From: Pseudomonadota bacterium | GTDB lineage: Bacteria > Bdellovibrionota_G > JALEGL01 > DATDPG01 | Reading direction: 5' to 3' | Assembly: GCA_043809315.1 (NCBI GenBank) | Contig: JAZDDX010000016.1 | Location: 117,732-181,731 of the forward strand | Length of the DNA: 64,000 nt | Shown: in pieces, positions 1-9,338 of the stretch | How positions within the stretch are numbered: the stretch's first letter is position 1 | How the letters are laid out: each line of letters opens with the position of its first letter | Position numbers and translations under genes: made by a program | Notes under the pieces: generated by a model | Seen by the model: the letters and a program-made list of their open reading frames with translations, nothing else | Databases searched by the model: none | What the model was told of the DNA's origin: nothing

Positions 1-1
1 G

Positions 2-259
2 AAGGTCCCCGCTCTTCTCGAGCTCTACACGACCCCCAAACAACTCTTCTTCGTCGAGCACGGAGGAACGTTTTCGTTCGAGTCGGCAGAGAACCTTCAA
101 TCCACGAGAGATCGGCTGTTCGGTCCGAAGGAATTGTTGGAGCTTAAGAAGACAGACCAGGTGTCCGCCGCGCCCGCCCGCCTCTGGGCCTTGTATACCG
201 AGATCGGGAACTATTACGTCAGCGCCTCGGGCAACGGATTCGTTCTTGTGAAAGACTGA
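2..259 (+). CDS. C-terminal part of a protein ending in a degenerate Hint (intein-like) domain; 5' partial
   Basis: Frame 2 reads KVPALLELYTTPKQLFFVEHGG...LWALYTEIGNYYVSASGNGFVLVKD* (TGA 257-259). It aligns by eye with Hint blocks B and F/G of the next ORF, but TxxH is TPKQ and the terminal HN is KD. Not in the ORF track. Confidence 0.65.
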   Translation, partial: KVPALLELYTTPKQLFFVEHGGTFSFESAENLQSTRDRLFGPKELLELKKTDQVSAAPARLWALYTEIGNYYVSASGNGFVLVKD

Positions 260-393
260 TTGCTTCGACCGTCGGGCCCTTGATCCGGCCGAGCGAACCG
301 CGATCGTCGCCAGCGTCCGCGCGGCAACGGGCCTCCCCTCTATTGGTTAAAAGCTGGACAACCGGACCGAGAATACTACGATGCGTCATATCT

Positions 394-1263
394 ATGACGT
401 CCAAACGACGCTGTCTCGTCCTCTTCGCCCTTTTCTTCCTTTCCTCGGTTCCGACCGTCTCGGCCGAATCGTGGAAAGCGGTGACCCAAAAGATCCAACA
501 CGCGGGGATCCAGGCAATTGAGGAGCAGTACGCGTCGATGCCGCCGTTCTACAAGTACTTCGATTACCCCGTCTGTAAGGAGATCCTCGACCGCCGCGCC
601 GCCGAGGATGCCGACCGCCGTGCCTACGGCGCCGAGTACGGCCTGAAGCCGCTCAAGAGGATCTCGGGAGGAAAAGCGGAAGAGGAGTTCGAGATCCACC
701 ATCGGGTCAAGAAGGAGTGCTCTCCGGCGGGCGACGTTCCTTGTTTCGCGAGCAACACGAAAATCGTGAAGCTCGACCGCACGCCGACCGGTGACCGCGT
801 GATCGAAACCGAGATCGCCGCGCTTCGAAAAGGGGACTACGTCCTCGGTTCCACCGCCGATCAAGCTCGCGAGGAGCGGTACCAGGTCCGCGCCTGCTGG
901 ACGCAGGTCACCGAAGCGCCGTACGAAGGGGAAATGAAGGAGGGGGATTCGTACTTGACGATCATGTATCGAAGAGAGGGAGAACTCCTGGCCGACAAAC
1001 AGACGTTGGACGTCACGACCCACCATCGCGTGCGGGCCACCTATTGGGGGGGACGGATGCTCTGGATCGACGCCATCCGCTTGGTCCGCGGCTACCGCAT
1101 CTACGGAGCCGACGGGACGTTCGTTCTCGAGGCCAAGCCGAAATTACACAAGGTCGGGGGAGAGAAACAGACCGTCACGAACCTCCAGACCGAAACCGGG
1201 AACTACTTCATCGGGCCGAAGGGGAGCGCCATCCTCGCCCACAATGAAGGAGTCTGCACGTAG
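394..1263 (+). CDS. Secreted protein with C-terminal Hint (bacterial intein-like) domain
   Basis: ATG 394 gives signal peptide MTSKRRCLVLFALFFLSSVPTVSA. Hint block A P/CFASNT (Cys codon 742), IAALRKGDYVL, block B VTTHH, block F/G VTNLQTETGNYFIG...ILAHN, then the tail EGVCT. Confidence 0.85.
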   Translation: MTSKRRCLVLFALFFLSSVPTVSAESWKAVTQKIQHAGIQAIEEQYASMPPFYKYFDYPVCKEILDRRAAEDADRRAYGAEYGLKPLKRISGGKAEEEFEIHHRVKKECSPAGDVPCFASNTKIVKLDRTPTGDRVIETEIAALRKGDYVLGSTADQAREERYQVRACWTQVTEAPYEGEMKEGDSYLTIMYRREGELLADKQTLDVTTHHRVRATYWGGRMLWIDAIRLVRGYRIYGADGTFVLEAKPKLHKVGGEKQTVTNLQTETGNYFIGPKGSAILAHNEGVCT

Positions 1264-1265
1264 CT

Positions 1266-2420
1266 TTACAGTCCTCTGAACGCCGCACCGAGATCGGCCA
1301 CGAGATCCTCGTGGTGTTCGATCCCGACCGACAGGCGGATAAAGCCGTCGGTAATCCCGAGCTTCGTTCGCACATCGGCCGGCAGGCTCGCGTGCGTCAT
1401 GATCGCCGGGTGCTCGATCAGGGACTCCACGCCACCCAAACTCTCCGCGAGCGTGAAGACTTGGAGCGCCGACAGGAAACGCTTCGTTTCGGCCAGCGAC
1501 GCCTTGAGATAGACGCTCACCATCCCGCCGAAGTCGCGCATCTGTTTCTTCGCGAGCGCGTGCTGCGGATGGGACGGATCGCCGGGATAGATCACGCGAT
1601 CCACTTTCGGCTGCTTTTGCAGGAACTCCACCACCTTCTTGGCGTTCGCGCAGTGCCGGTCCATCCGGACCGCGAGCGTCTTTAAGCCCCGCAACGTCAG
1701 CCACGAATCGATCGGTCCCGGCGTCGCCCCGATCGATTTCTGCAGGAACTTCACCTGGTCGAACAGCTCTTTCGTTTTGAGGATCACCGCCCCGCCGACC
1801 ACGTCCGAGTGCCCGCCGATATACTTCGTCGTCGAGTGCACGACGACGTCGGCGCCGAGCGCCAGCGGGTTCTGCAAGTACGGCGTCGCGAACGTGTTGT
1901 CGACCACCGTCAGGATCTTTCGTTTCGAAGCCTTCGCCGCGATCGCCTCGATGTCGATCAGCTTGAGTAACGGGTTCGTCGGCGTCTCGATCCAGACCAT
2001 TTTCGTAGCCGGTGTCATCGCCTCGTCCAGGGCGGACGGGTCCGTGAGGTCGACGAACGTGAACGAAAAACCGCGCGACGCGAGAACCTGCGAAAACAGA
2101 CGATACGTTCCGCCATAAACATCGTCGCAACAGACGACATGGCTCCCCTCGGGCAGAACGTGCGCCAACGTCGCCATCCCACCGAGACCGGAGGAGAAGG
2201 CCAGGCCGTACTCCGACCCCTCCAGCGAAGCGAGACAATCCTCCAAGGCCTTGCGCGTCGGGTTGTCGGCACGGGAGTAGTCGTACCCCTTATGTACCCC
2301 GGGCTCGGGCTGCGCGTACGTGCTGGTCTGGTAGATCGGCGTGATCACGGCGCCGGTCGCCGGGTCGGGCGCCTGCCCGACATGGATCGCCTTCGTCTCA
2401 AAGCGGGATTTCTCGTTCAT
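1266..2420 (-). CDS. Cystathionine gamma-lyase/gamma-synthase (PLP transsulfuration enzyme)
   Basis: PIYQTSTY, YSRADNPT, VVDNTFATP, HSTTKYIGGHSD PLP-lysine motif, AESLGGVESL. Confidence 0.95.
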   Translation of the reverse strand: MNEKSRFETKAIHVGQAPDPATGAVITPIYQTSTYAQPEPGVHKGYDYSRADNPTRKALEDCLASLEGSEYGLAFSSGLGGMATLAHVLPEGSHVVCCDDVYGGTYRLFSQVLASRGFSFTFVDLTDPSALDEAMTPATKMVWIETPTNPLLKLIDIEAIAAKASKRKILTVVDNTFATPYLQNPLALGADVVVHSTTKYIGGHSDVVGGAVILKTKELFDQVKFLQKSIGATPGPIDSWLTLRGLKTLAVRMDRHCANAKKVVEFLQKQPKVDRVIYPGDPSHPQHALAKKQMRDFGGMVSVYLKASLAETKRFLSALQVFTLAESLGGVESLIEHPAIMTHASLPADVRTKLGITDGFIRLSVGIEHHEDLVADLGAAFRGL

Positions 2421-3406
2421 TTCCCCTCCACCTCAAAGCCGTTCGTCCGCATCCATTCGTCGTTGTACATCTTCGAGAGGTATTTGGACCCGCCGTCGGG
2501 CAAGAGAATCAGGAACGTCTTCGGTTCTTTCAAGGTTTTCGCGAACTTGAGCGCCCCCGCCACGGCGCCGCCACAGGAACCGCCGGCAAAGATCCCCTCC
2601 TCCTTCGTAAGTCTCCGCCCGTAGGTGAAACACTCCTGATCGGTCACCTGGACCATCTCGTCGATGATCTTGAAATCGAGGCATTTGGGCAGGAAGTCCT
2701 CACCGAACCCCTCGACCTTGTAGCTGGTCAGGAGTTTCGGCGCTTTCCCGGTTTTGAAATACTCGTAGAAGATCGAACCGACCGGATCGATGCCGAGCGT
2801 CTTGAGCTTCGGGTTCTTTTCCTTCAGGAATTTCGAGATCCCGCTGATCGTCCCGCCGGTCCCGGCCGCGATGACCAGCCAATCGAACTCGGAGCCCATC
2901 TGCTCCCAGATCTCCGGCCCGGTCGAAAGATAGTGCGCCTTCGGGTTGGACGGGTTGTCGTACTGGTTGATGTGGAACGAGTTCGGAGTCTCCTTCTCCA
3001 GGCGTTTCGCCACGGAATAATAGCTGCGGGGATCGTCCGGTTCGACCGCCGTCGGCGTCGAGATCACCTTCGCCCCGAACGCCTCGAGCGCCCGCACCTT
3101 CTCATCGGAGATCTTGTCCGGCATGACGAAGATGCACGTAAAACCCCGCACCGCAGCCACCATGGCGAGCCCCATTCCGGTGTTCCCGGACGTCGTCTCG
3201 ATGATCGTCCCGCCGGGTTTGAGTTTCCCGGAAGCAACCGCATCGTCCACCAACTGGATCCCGATCCGGTCTTTCACCGACCCACCCGGGTTCATGAACT
3301 CGAGCTTGACGTAGAACTTATGCGGAAGATCTTTTCCGATCGAGTTCAAACGCACGATCGGCGTCCTCCCGACACATTCGAGGATATTCCCGTAGACGTT
3401 TTTCAT
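2417..3406 (-). CDS. Cystathionine beta-synthase / cysteine synthase family PLP enzyme
   Basis: Start MKNVYGNIL (ATG 3406, overlapping the oppA stop); KLEFMNPGGSVKDR, TSGNTG, GTGGT, YKVEGFGEDF. Paired with the gamma-lyase, suggesting reverse transsulfuration. Confidence 0.92.
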   Translation of the reverse strand: MKNVYGNILECVGRTPIVRLNSIGKDLPHKFYVKLEFMNPGGSVKDRIGIQLVDDAVASGKLKPGGTIIETTSGNTGMGLAMVAAVRGFTCIFVMPDKISDEKVRALEAFGAKVISTPTAVEPDDPRSYYSVAKRLEKETPNSFHINQYDNPSNPKAHYLSTGPEIWEQMGSEFDWLVIAAGTGGTISGISKFLKEKNPKLKTLGIDPVGSIFYEYFKTGKAPKLLTSYKVEGFGEDFLPKCLDFKIIDEMVQVTDQECFTYGRRLTKEEGIFAGGSCGGAVAGALKFAKTLKEPKTFLILLPDGGSKYLSKMYNDEWMRTNGFEVEGK

Positions 3407-5001
3407 GGCGCGAGGCTTATATCCGAAAACGGATGGAGGTCCCAGAGATTGGGGGTGTATCCGGTGACTGCGGGGGAGATGAGAATCGGAATCGTCGCAT
3501 AGAAGAGCGGAACGATTCCACCGTCCCGAAGGATCGTCGACTCGGCCCTGCGGATGAACCCGCGCGCCGTATTCCATTCGACCGATTGTTCGACTTCTTT
3601 GAGCAATTGGTCGAACTCCCGACTGGAAAAGCCGCCCGCGGTACTGCGCCCGGTCCGGAACGCTTCCAGAAAGCCGAACGGCCGGTCGGGGGTCACCGCC
3701 AAGTCGTCCAGCGCCATCGTGTACTCCCCGGCGGAAACGAGTCGCACGAATTCGTCCGGGGATTTCTGCGTGACAACGATCCCCTCGATCCCTAAATTCC
3801 GTTTGAGCATCGTCTCGACCGTGAGAGCGATCTTCCGCTTCTGCTCGCTCTCAGGATGAATGAGTGTCAGAAGCGGGAACGGCTTGCACGCACCCTCCGT
3901 CTTTTTCTTCCCGCAGTACCCGAGGTCACGGATCATCTTCTGCGCCGAAAGCACGCTCAAGAGATAGCCGCGCGGCGGCTCGTACCCGCGGATTCCGGAA
4001 GGGATAAGGGAGAAGGCGGGGGATTCCCCCGAAAGGCCAATGGAGCTCAAGAGAAGCGGCCGATCGATCGCCATCGCCATCGCTTGCCTTAAGCCCACCT
4101 GGGAGAGCGGGGCCTTCGCGGCGTTGAGGCGCAAGAAGACGGTCCGCAGGTCCGGTTCGTAGAGAAGGTCGCTCCGCCCTGCCAGTCGCGGAACCTTGTT
4201 CGACGGGACACCGAAATCCCTAAGCCCAAACTGATCGACCGATCCGTTCGTGTACAGCTCCACACCGGAGGAGCCGTTCTCCACCCACGTGACGCGGACT
4301 TCGTCGATCCGGATCGAGGCGGCCAGGCGGTGGTGCGGATTCTTCGCGAGAACCATCCCGCGCTCGTCCATCGACACCGGCACGAACGGGCCGTTCCCGA
4401 CCCAGTTCTCCGGTTTCGCCCAACCGTTCTTGTTCCGCTCGATCGCCCGCCGGTCGACCGGGCCGGTTCCCGGCTCGGAGAAAAGATCGAGGAAGAGAGA
4501 GGACGGGCGCTTGAGCTCCAAAACAAGCGTCGTTTCGTCCTTCGCGTCGATCCCGACCTGGGAGGGAGCCAGCAGCATCCCCTCCCGCATCTCCTCCCCC
4601 CCTTTGACGAGGGTCAAACGATCGCTCAGCCAACCGTGCTGGCTCGGCTGCAGGAGGCGACGGAGGGAGTAGGCGTAATCCTCGGCGGTCACCTTCTTTC
4701 CGTTCGACCAGAAGAGATCGTTCCGAAGGTAGAACGTGATCTTGTGGCCGTCCGGAGAGAACGTGGTCCTCTCGGCCGCAGCCGGCTCCAGAGTTCCGTT
4801 CTCCGGATTCCGCTTGAGCAACGGCTCAACGAGGCTCGAAGCGATGGCCAGCTCCGATGTGGAATCGGCAGTCGCCGGGTCGAGGGTGTCGATCGGACCG
4901 GCCAGAGCGATCCGGAAGACCCGCTTCGGCGGCTCGCCGTTCGCAACGGAAGCAAGGCAAAGAAAGGCCGCTAGGAGGCCAGATAGTTCTGAGCGAGCGA
5001 T
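3403..5001 (-). CDS. oppA: Oligopeptide ABC transporter substrate-binding protein (SBP family 5); start uncertain
   Basis: TLDPA, WSNGKKVTAEDYAYSLRR, VGNGPF, LRQAMAMAIDR, VPLFY motifs. Signal-like stretch LSGLLAAFLCLASVANG lacks a nearby ATG/GTG/TTG. Confidence 0.85.
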   Translation of the reverse strand: MARSELSGLLAAFLCLASVANGEPPKRVFRIALAGPIDTLDPATADSTSELAIASSLVEPLLKRNPENGTLEPAAAERTTFSPDGHKITFYLRNDLFWSNGKKVTAEDYAYSLRRLLQPSQHGWLSDRLTLVKGGEEMREGMLLAPSQVGIDAKDETTLVLELKRPSSLFLDLFSEPGTGPVDRRAIERNKNGWAKPENWVGNGPFVPVSMDERGMVLAKNPHHRLAASIRIDEVRVTWVENGSSGVELYTNGSVDQFGLRDFGVPSNKVPRLAGRSDLLYEPDLRTVFLRLNAAKAPLSQVGLRQAMAMAIDRPLLLSSIGLSGESPAFSLIPSGIRGYEPPRGYLLSVLSAQKMIRDLGYCGKKKTEGACKPFPLLTLIHPESEQKRKIALTVETMLKRNLGIEGIVVTQKSPDEFVRLVSAGEYTMALDDLAVTPDRPFGFLEAFRTGRSTAGGFSSREFDQLLKEVEQSVEWNTARGFIRRAESTILRDGGIVPLFYATIPILISPAVTGYTPNLWDLHPFSDISLAP

Positions 5002-5357
5002 TCGACCGCCTTTCTCGCCCGCAGGACCCTCGGTGCGTCCTGTTCGAGGATCGCGAGCAGGTATTCGTAATGCTGATCCGAGATCTTGTTGAACTGCGCC
5101 TCGGGGGTCTCGGACGTCAATACCAACGCGTGCCAGTAGACTTCCTGATCGATCGAGATCTCCTGCCCCGGCAGCTCCAACGCCGCACGGTAGAGGAACT
5201 CGATCCCCTCGAACGGGCAGGGTTGGACCACCAGCTTCACGTGGGACGCTTCCCCCAGCCGCTCGATCTCGCGGCGCTTCCGTTCCAGGTCTCCCGATTG
5301 GATGAAGAGAACGATGCTGTATCGGTTGGTCGTATCCGCGAATGCGTCGAAGTTCAC
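4971..5357 (-). CDS. Hypothetical protein (128 aa)
   Basis: GTG start overlaps the stop of the M16 peptidase; host-like codon usage; operon position. Confidence 0.7.
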   Translation of the reverse strand: MNFDAFADTTNRYSIVLFIQSGDLERKRREIERLGEASHVKLVVQPCPFEGIEFLYRAALELPGQEISIDQEVYWHALVLTSETPEAQFNKISDQHYEYLLAILEQDAPRVLRARKAVESLAQNYLAS

Positions 5358-7969
5358 GATCTCCCCCGCACGATCCCCGAAGCATACTGCTCCGGATTGA
5401 GGATGTCGCGCGCCGTTTGACAGACGCTGTCGGCTGTCACGCTCTCGATCCGACTTTCGTATTCCGCGATCCCTTCCGGTCCCCTCCCCGCGATGATGTG
5501 ATGGAGGTAAGCATACGCCACCGGCAAATTCCCCTGGAGCGACATGGCGTGGCTGCCGATGCAGTACGCCTTGGCGGCCTTCAGCTCGTCCTCCGGCACC
5601 CGTCGCTCGCGAACGTTCATCAGCTCCGACAGGAGCCGCGCCCGCGCCTCGTTCTCCTTCTCGCGGGAGGTGGCGATGTAGGTGAAGAATGCCCCGCCTC
5701 GAAGGAGTGAGATGTTGAACGCCGTCGCCGTGTAGACCAACGGGGCCTCCTCTCGCAGTGCCCGGAAGAAGCGCCCTCCCATTCCGGCCAGGACGTTCCG
5801 GAGCACCTCGAGAGCGAAATACCGGTCGTCGCGAATCGGGACGCCGGCGAACCCGAGTGCTACGCCGGTCTGTTGCCGTTCCCTCTCTTCCACCGCCTCG
5901 CGGACTCCACGGGCCGGCACCACCGGATAGAGCTGCGCCTTCGGCTCGTCGTCCCGATCCCCCGAAACGCCGAACTTTTCCCGAACAACCGAGACCGCTC
6001 GATTCCGATCAATGTCCCCCGCGACCGTCACCACCATCTTCCGCCACTGGAACGCCTCGGAATACCAGTCGGTCAAGTCGGATCGGGTGATCCGGCCGAT
6101 CGACTCCTCGGTCCCGTTCCGAGGGAGGCCGTACGGGTGGAGGCCGAACATCGAGCGATAAAACAGTTCGATCGGGTACCGGAACATGTCGTCCCGGCTC
6201 CGGCGGACCGCGGCCGTGATGGTCTGCCGTTCCTTCTCGACCTCGGTATCGGGGAACGCGGGACGAGTGACGACGTCGCTTAGGAGGTCGAGTCCTTTGT
6301 CGAAGTCGCGGGAGAGGAGGCTCATCGAATAGCCGAACAGGTCGGCCGTCGACTCGACCGCAATCGAGCTTCCGAGCGATTCCATCTCGAAGGCAATTTC
6401 GTCGGCCGAACGATGTTCCGTCCCTTTGAGCGTCGAGCGGAGCATGAACTGCGTGACGCCGCAGTTCCCCTCCGTCTCGTCCAGACGCCCTCCCGGGAAG
6501 TAAACCGCGGCGGAGACGAGCGGAAGCGCCGGATTGTGGAGATGAAGAAGCGTGGCCCCCCCGAGATCGATCGTCTCGAGGCTCTGCGTGAGCGGCCGGG
6601 TGTCGAACGAAGAGAAGACGAACGGAGGAACGGCCGGGATCTCCGGAGCGGGGGCGGCTGTCTCTTTCTCCCATCGCCTCCCGACCCTCTTTTCGAGACT
6701 CTCCAGACGCGCCTCGATCGGCGCCCCCTCCCCGAGGCGGTTCGGGACGTACTCGATCAGGCTCATGTTCGGGAAGGTGAAATACTTCTCGAGAACCCGG
6801 AGAATGTCGGACGAGGTCACGCTCCGCATCCGGTTCACGTATTCGAGAACCTGCTCGTACCCGCCGAGATCCTCGAAGAAGGCGAGGCCGTACGCCTGCC
6901 CCATCACGTCCTCTTTCTCGGAGAAGAAGTTCACCTCGACGACGCTCCGGATCTTCGCGATTTCCTCCGCCGTCGGGGGATCTTTCCGGATCCGGTCCAA
7001 CTCGACCCAGATCTCCTCCTCGCAGAGTGGGAGGTTCTCCGGTTTCAGATCGGCCTCGATCGCCAGGAACCCGACATCGCGCGATGTGTAGAGCGAAACA
7101 CCGACCGCGTCGACGATCCCCTTCTCCTCTTTGATGGAACGGTAGAGACGGGAACTCCGTCCCCGTCCGAGAAGGATCGAGAGAGCGATCGTCGCGTAGT
7201 AGTCCGGATGATTCGTCGGAGGGACGTGAAACCCCATCTTGAGAAGGGGCTGGACGATATCCCCGTTCAGACGGACCATCTTAGGAGCGGCCTGCAAAGG
7301 CTCCTCCGGGGAACGGTTCCGTTCGACCTCACGGGCCGGCATCTCCCCGTACCGCCGTTCGATCTCGGGGAAAAGCGCACCGGGTTCGAAATCCCCCGCC
7401 ACGACGAGGATGATGTTCCCGGGGGCGTAGTACCGTTCGTAGTACCCGACGACGTCGTCCCGCGTGAGCTTTCGGATGTTCTCCTCTTTCCCCATCCGCC
7501 AGCGCCGGATCCTGTGTTTCTCGAACGCCAGCTCCAGGAGCTTTTCCCAGGCGAACGGGTTCGGGCTGTCGTACTTCCGCTTCAGCTCCTCGATGACGAC
7601 CTCTTTCTCCTTGTCGAGTTCGCCGGCATCGAACAACGGATGCATGAGAGCGTCGGCCTGGATGTCGATCGCAGGGACGAGGTTCTTGGAGGGAAGAACC
7701 GTATAGTAATAGGTGTGGTCGTAGATCGTGGCGGCGTTCAGATACCCGCCGAGGAGCTTCGTCTGGCGTGCGATCTCGCTCCCCGCGCGCGTCGGCGTCC
7801 CCTTGAAGAACATATGCTCGATCACGTGGGAGATCCCGACGTTCTCGTCCGGCTCGTCGAAGTACCCCGCCCGGACCCAGGTCAGGGCGCAGGCGAGAGG
7901 GAGCCGGTGGTCGGGACACAGCAGGACCGTCAATCCGTTCGAAAGCTTTCTTCGCTCGACCCCTTTCAA
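5354..7969 (-). CDS. M16 family zinc peptidase (pitrilysin/insulinase), tandem two-unit form
   Basis: HVIEHMFFKGT (HxxEH), GGYLNAAT; second, inactive M16 unit (GGRLDE...QFMLRSTLKGT). Confidence 0.93.
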   Translation of the reverse strand: MKGVERRKLSNGLTVLLCPDHRLPLACALTWVRAGYFDEPDENVGISHVIEHMFFKGTPTRAGSEIARQTKLLGGYLNAATIYDHTYYYTVLPSKNLVPAIDIQADALMHPLFDAGELDKEKEVVIEELKRKYDSPNPFAWEKLLELAFEKHRIRRWRMGKEENIRKLTRDDVVGYYERYYAPGNIILVVAGDFEPGALFPEIERRYGEMPAREVERNRSPEEPLQAAPKMVRLNGDIVQPLLKMGFHVPPTNHPDYYATIALSILLGRGRSSRLYRSIKEEKGIVDAVGVSLYTSRDVGFLAIEADLKPENLPLCEEEIWVELDRIRKDPPTAEEIAKIRSVVEVNFFSEKEDVMGQAYGLAFFEDLGGYEQVLEYVNRMRSVTSSDILRVLEKYFTFPNMSLIEYVPNRLGEGAPIEARLESLEKRVGRRWEKETAAPAPEIPAVPPFVFSSFDTRPLTQSLETIDLGGATLLHLHNPALPLVSAAVYFPGGRLDETEGNCGVTQFMLRSTLKGTEHRSADEIAFEMESLGSSIAVESTADLFGYSMSLLSRDFDKGLDLLSDVVTRPAFPDTEVEKERQTITAAVRRSRDDMFRYPIELFYRSMFGLHPYGLPRNGTEESIGRITRSDLTDWYSEAFQWRKMVVTVAGDIDRNRAVSVVREKFGVSGDRDDEPKAQLYPVVPARGVREAVEERERQQTGVALGFAGVPIRDDRYFALEVLRNVLAGMGGRFFRALREEAPLVYTATAFNISLLRGGAFFTYIATSREKENEARARLLSELMNVRERRVPEDELKAAKAYCIGSHAMSLQGNLPVAYAYLHHIIAGRGPEGIAEYESRIESVTADSVCQTARDILNPEQYASGIVRGRS

Positions 7970-7976
7970 ACGGATG

Positions 7977-8861
7977 TCATCCTATCTTGTCTTTCGACGA
8001 AGAGAAGCCGAAATCGCGGAGATGCTCGCTCCACTCGTCTTCCGTCGCACGAACGCGAGGGTCGGACCATCGAAAAATCAGAAGAGTGATCGGCAGGAGG
8101 TAGAGAAAGATCCCGGCGATCAGGAGCCCGCGTTCCCCGATCCAGCCGGTCATGAAAAGGTTGAACGCGAGAACGCCGAAGTAGAGTCCCAAACCGTAGA
8201 GTCCTTGGAACGGGAGGATTCGGATTCCGGAATCGCGAAACCCCGCTCCCAACCAGTTCCCTTCGATCCGTTGGTAGATCCAGGTTGCGACGAAGCCGAC
8301 CAACCCCCAGCCGAGAGCGTTCGAAAGAGGGACGCCGAAGTAGGCCCCCGGTTTGTCATAGAAATAGATCCTCCCCAGGAACCACCGATCTCCGCGCAGT
8401 GCCACGGGGTCGATCACGAAGTCGATCAGCATCATGAAGAGCGCGGTCAGAACGAGCGTCTTCCAACTCCTTCGGATCGCGAACGTGTCGGCGATCTGAA
8501 CGTCGCGGCGGCTGACCTTGAGCGGGGAGAGAAAAAACAGAGCGGTCGAAAACGAAGCGAAGAGAAGGAACGTGAACGAGAGGGAATCCATGAACGGGAC
8601 ATTCGAGAGGAACAGCTCCTCTCCCCGCGTGCTCTCGGTGTAATGATAGAGGCCGTACGGAAATCCGGTCCGGGTCGAACAGATCTCCGACAGGAAGGCG
8701 ACGACCCAAGTACCGAACATGAATACGAGCGTCCGGCGGAGTCCAATCGAAACGATGGCGGCGAAAAGAAACGCTCCCATGAAGACGAAGACGTACGGCC
8801 GCAAGGCGACCGTCTTGAGGAAAAGGACGGGGATTTCCATCTCGGTCTTCATGTTAGACAC
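7977..8861 (-). CDS. Carotenoid biosynthesis membrane protein (CruF/DUF422-like)
   Basis: Multi-TM protein with E..STRTGFPYGLYHYT, VP, D..IDPVA and YFGVPLSN..GW motifs. Confidence 0.75.
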   Translation of the reverse strand: MSNMKTEMEIPVLFLKTVALRPYVFVFMGAFLFAAIVSIGLRRTLVFMFGTWVVAFLSEICSTRTGFPYGLYHYTESTRGEELFLSNVPFMDSLSFTFLLFASFSTALFFLSPLKVSRRDVQIADTFAIRRSWKTLVLTALFMMLIDFVIDPVALRGDRWFLGRIYFYDKPGAYFGVPLSNALGWGLVGFVATWIYQRIEGNWLGAGFRDSGIRILPFQGLYGLGLYFGVLAFNLFMTGWIGERGLLIAGIFLYLLPITLLIFRWSDPRVRATEDEWSEHLRDFGFSSSKDKIG

Positions 8862-8890
8862 CTTCGTCGGAATCCGCTACATCGCCGGAC

Positions 8891-9106
8891 ATGCAAGGGC
8901 TTCACCAGGCGTTGGGGGTCAAGGACGTCATCTACGCCCTGACGCTGGAGATCGTCTTCCTCGGGGCCTGCGCGGTTTTCATCGGCCTGGGATGGTCCGA
9001 ACTCAAGAAAGGGAAGGACCGGACCCGATGCTGGTTCCTGATCGGCATGGGAGGTATGTTGGCCCTCGTCAGTCTCTATGTTACCCGACTTCTGATTCGA
9101 GGTTGA
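8891..9106 (+). CDS. Small two-TM hypothetical membrane protein
   Basis: 71 aa, two hydrophobic helices, first gene before xseB. Confidence 0.6.
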   Translation: MQGLHQALGVKDVIYALTLEIVFLGACAVFIGLGWSELKKGKDRTRCWFLIGMGGMLALVSLYVTRLLIRG

Positions 9107-9110
9107 CTCC

Positions 9111-9338
9111 ATGGCACGCGCGAAAACCGACATGAAGTTCGAAACCGCGATGAAAGAGCTCGGGGAGATCGTTGCGAAGCTCGAATCCCCCGAACTCCCT
9201 CTCGAGGAGTCGATCTCTCTTTTCGAACAAGGAACCGTCCTTTCCAAGATCTGCGCCCGGAAGCTCTCGGAAGCGGAGAAAAAGATCGAGCAGCTCCTCA
9301 AGGAGCTCTCGAAGGAGACCTCTGATGCCGACGCTTGA
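9111..9338 (+). CDS. xseB: Exodeoxyribonuclease VII small subunit
   Basis: FETAMKELGEIVAKLE...LEESISLFEQG..L...C...LSEAEKKI; upstream of ispA. Confidence 0.95.
   Translation: MARAKTDMKFETAMKELGEIVAKLESPELPLEESISLFEQGTVLSKICARKLSEAEKKIEQLLKELSKETSDADA

Noticed and set aside
6413-8089. Long antisense/alternate-frame ORFs (e.g. 6413-8089, 13854-15287, 21558-23045, 26375-27973, 54726-56255)
   Set aside because: Arg/Pro-rich shadows of real genes, expected at high GC; no motifs.
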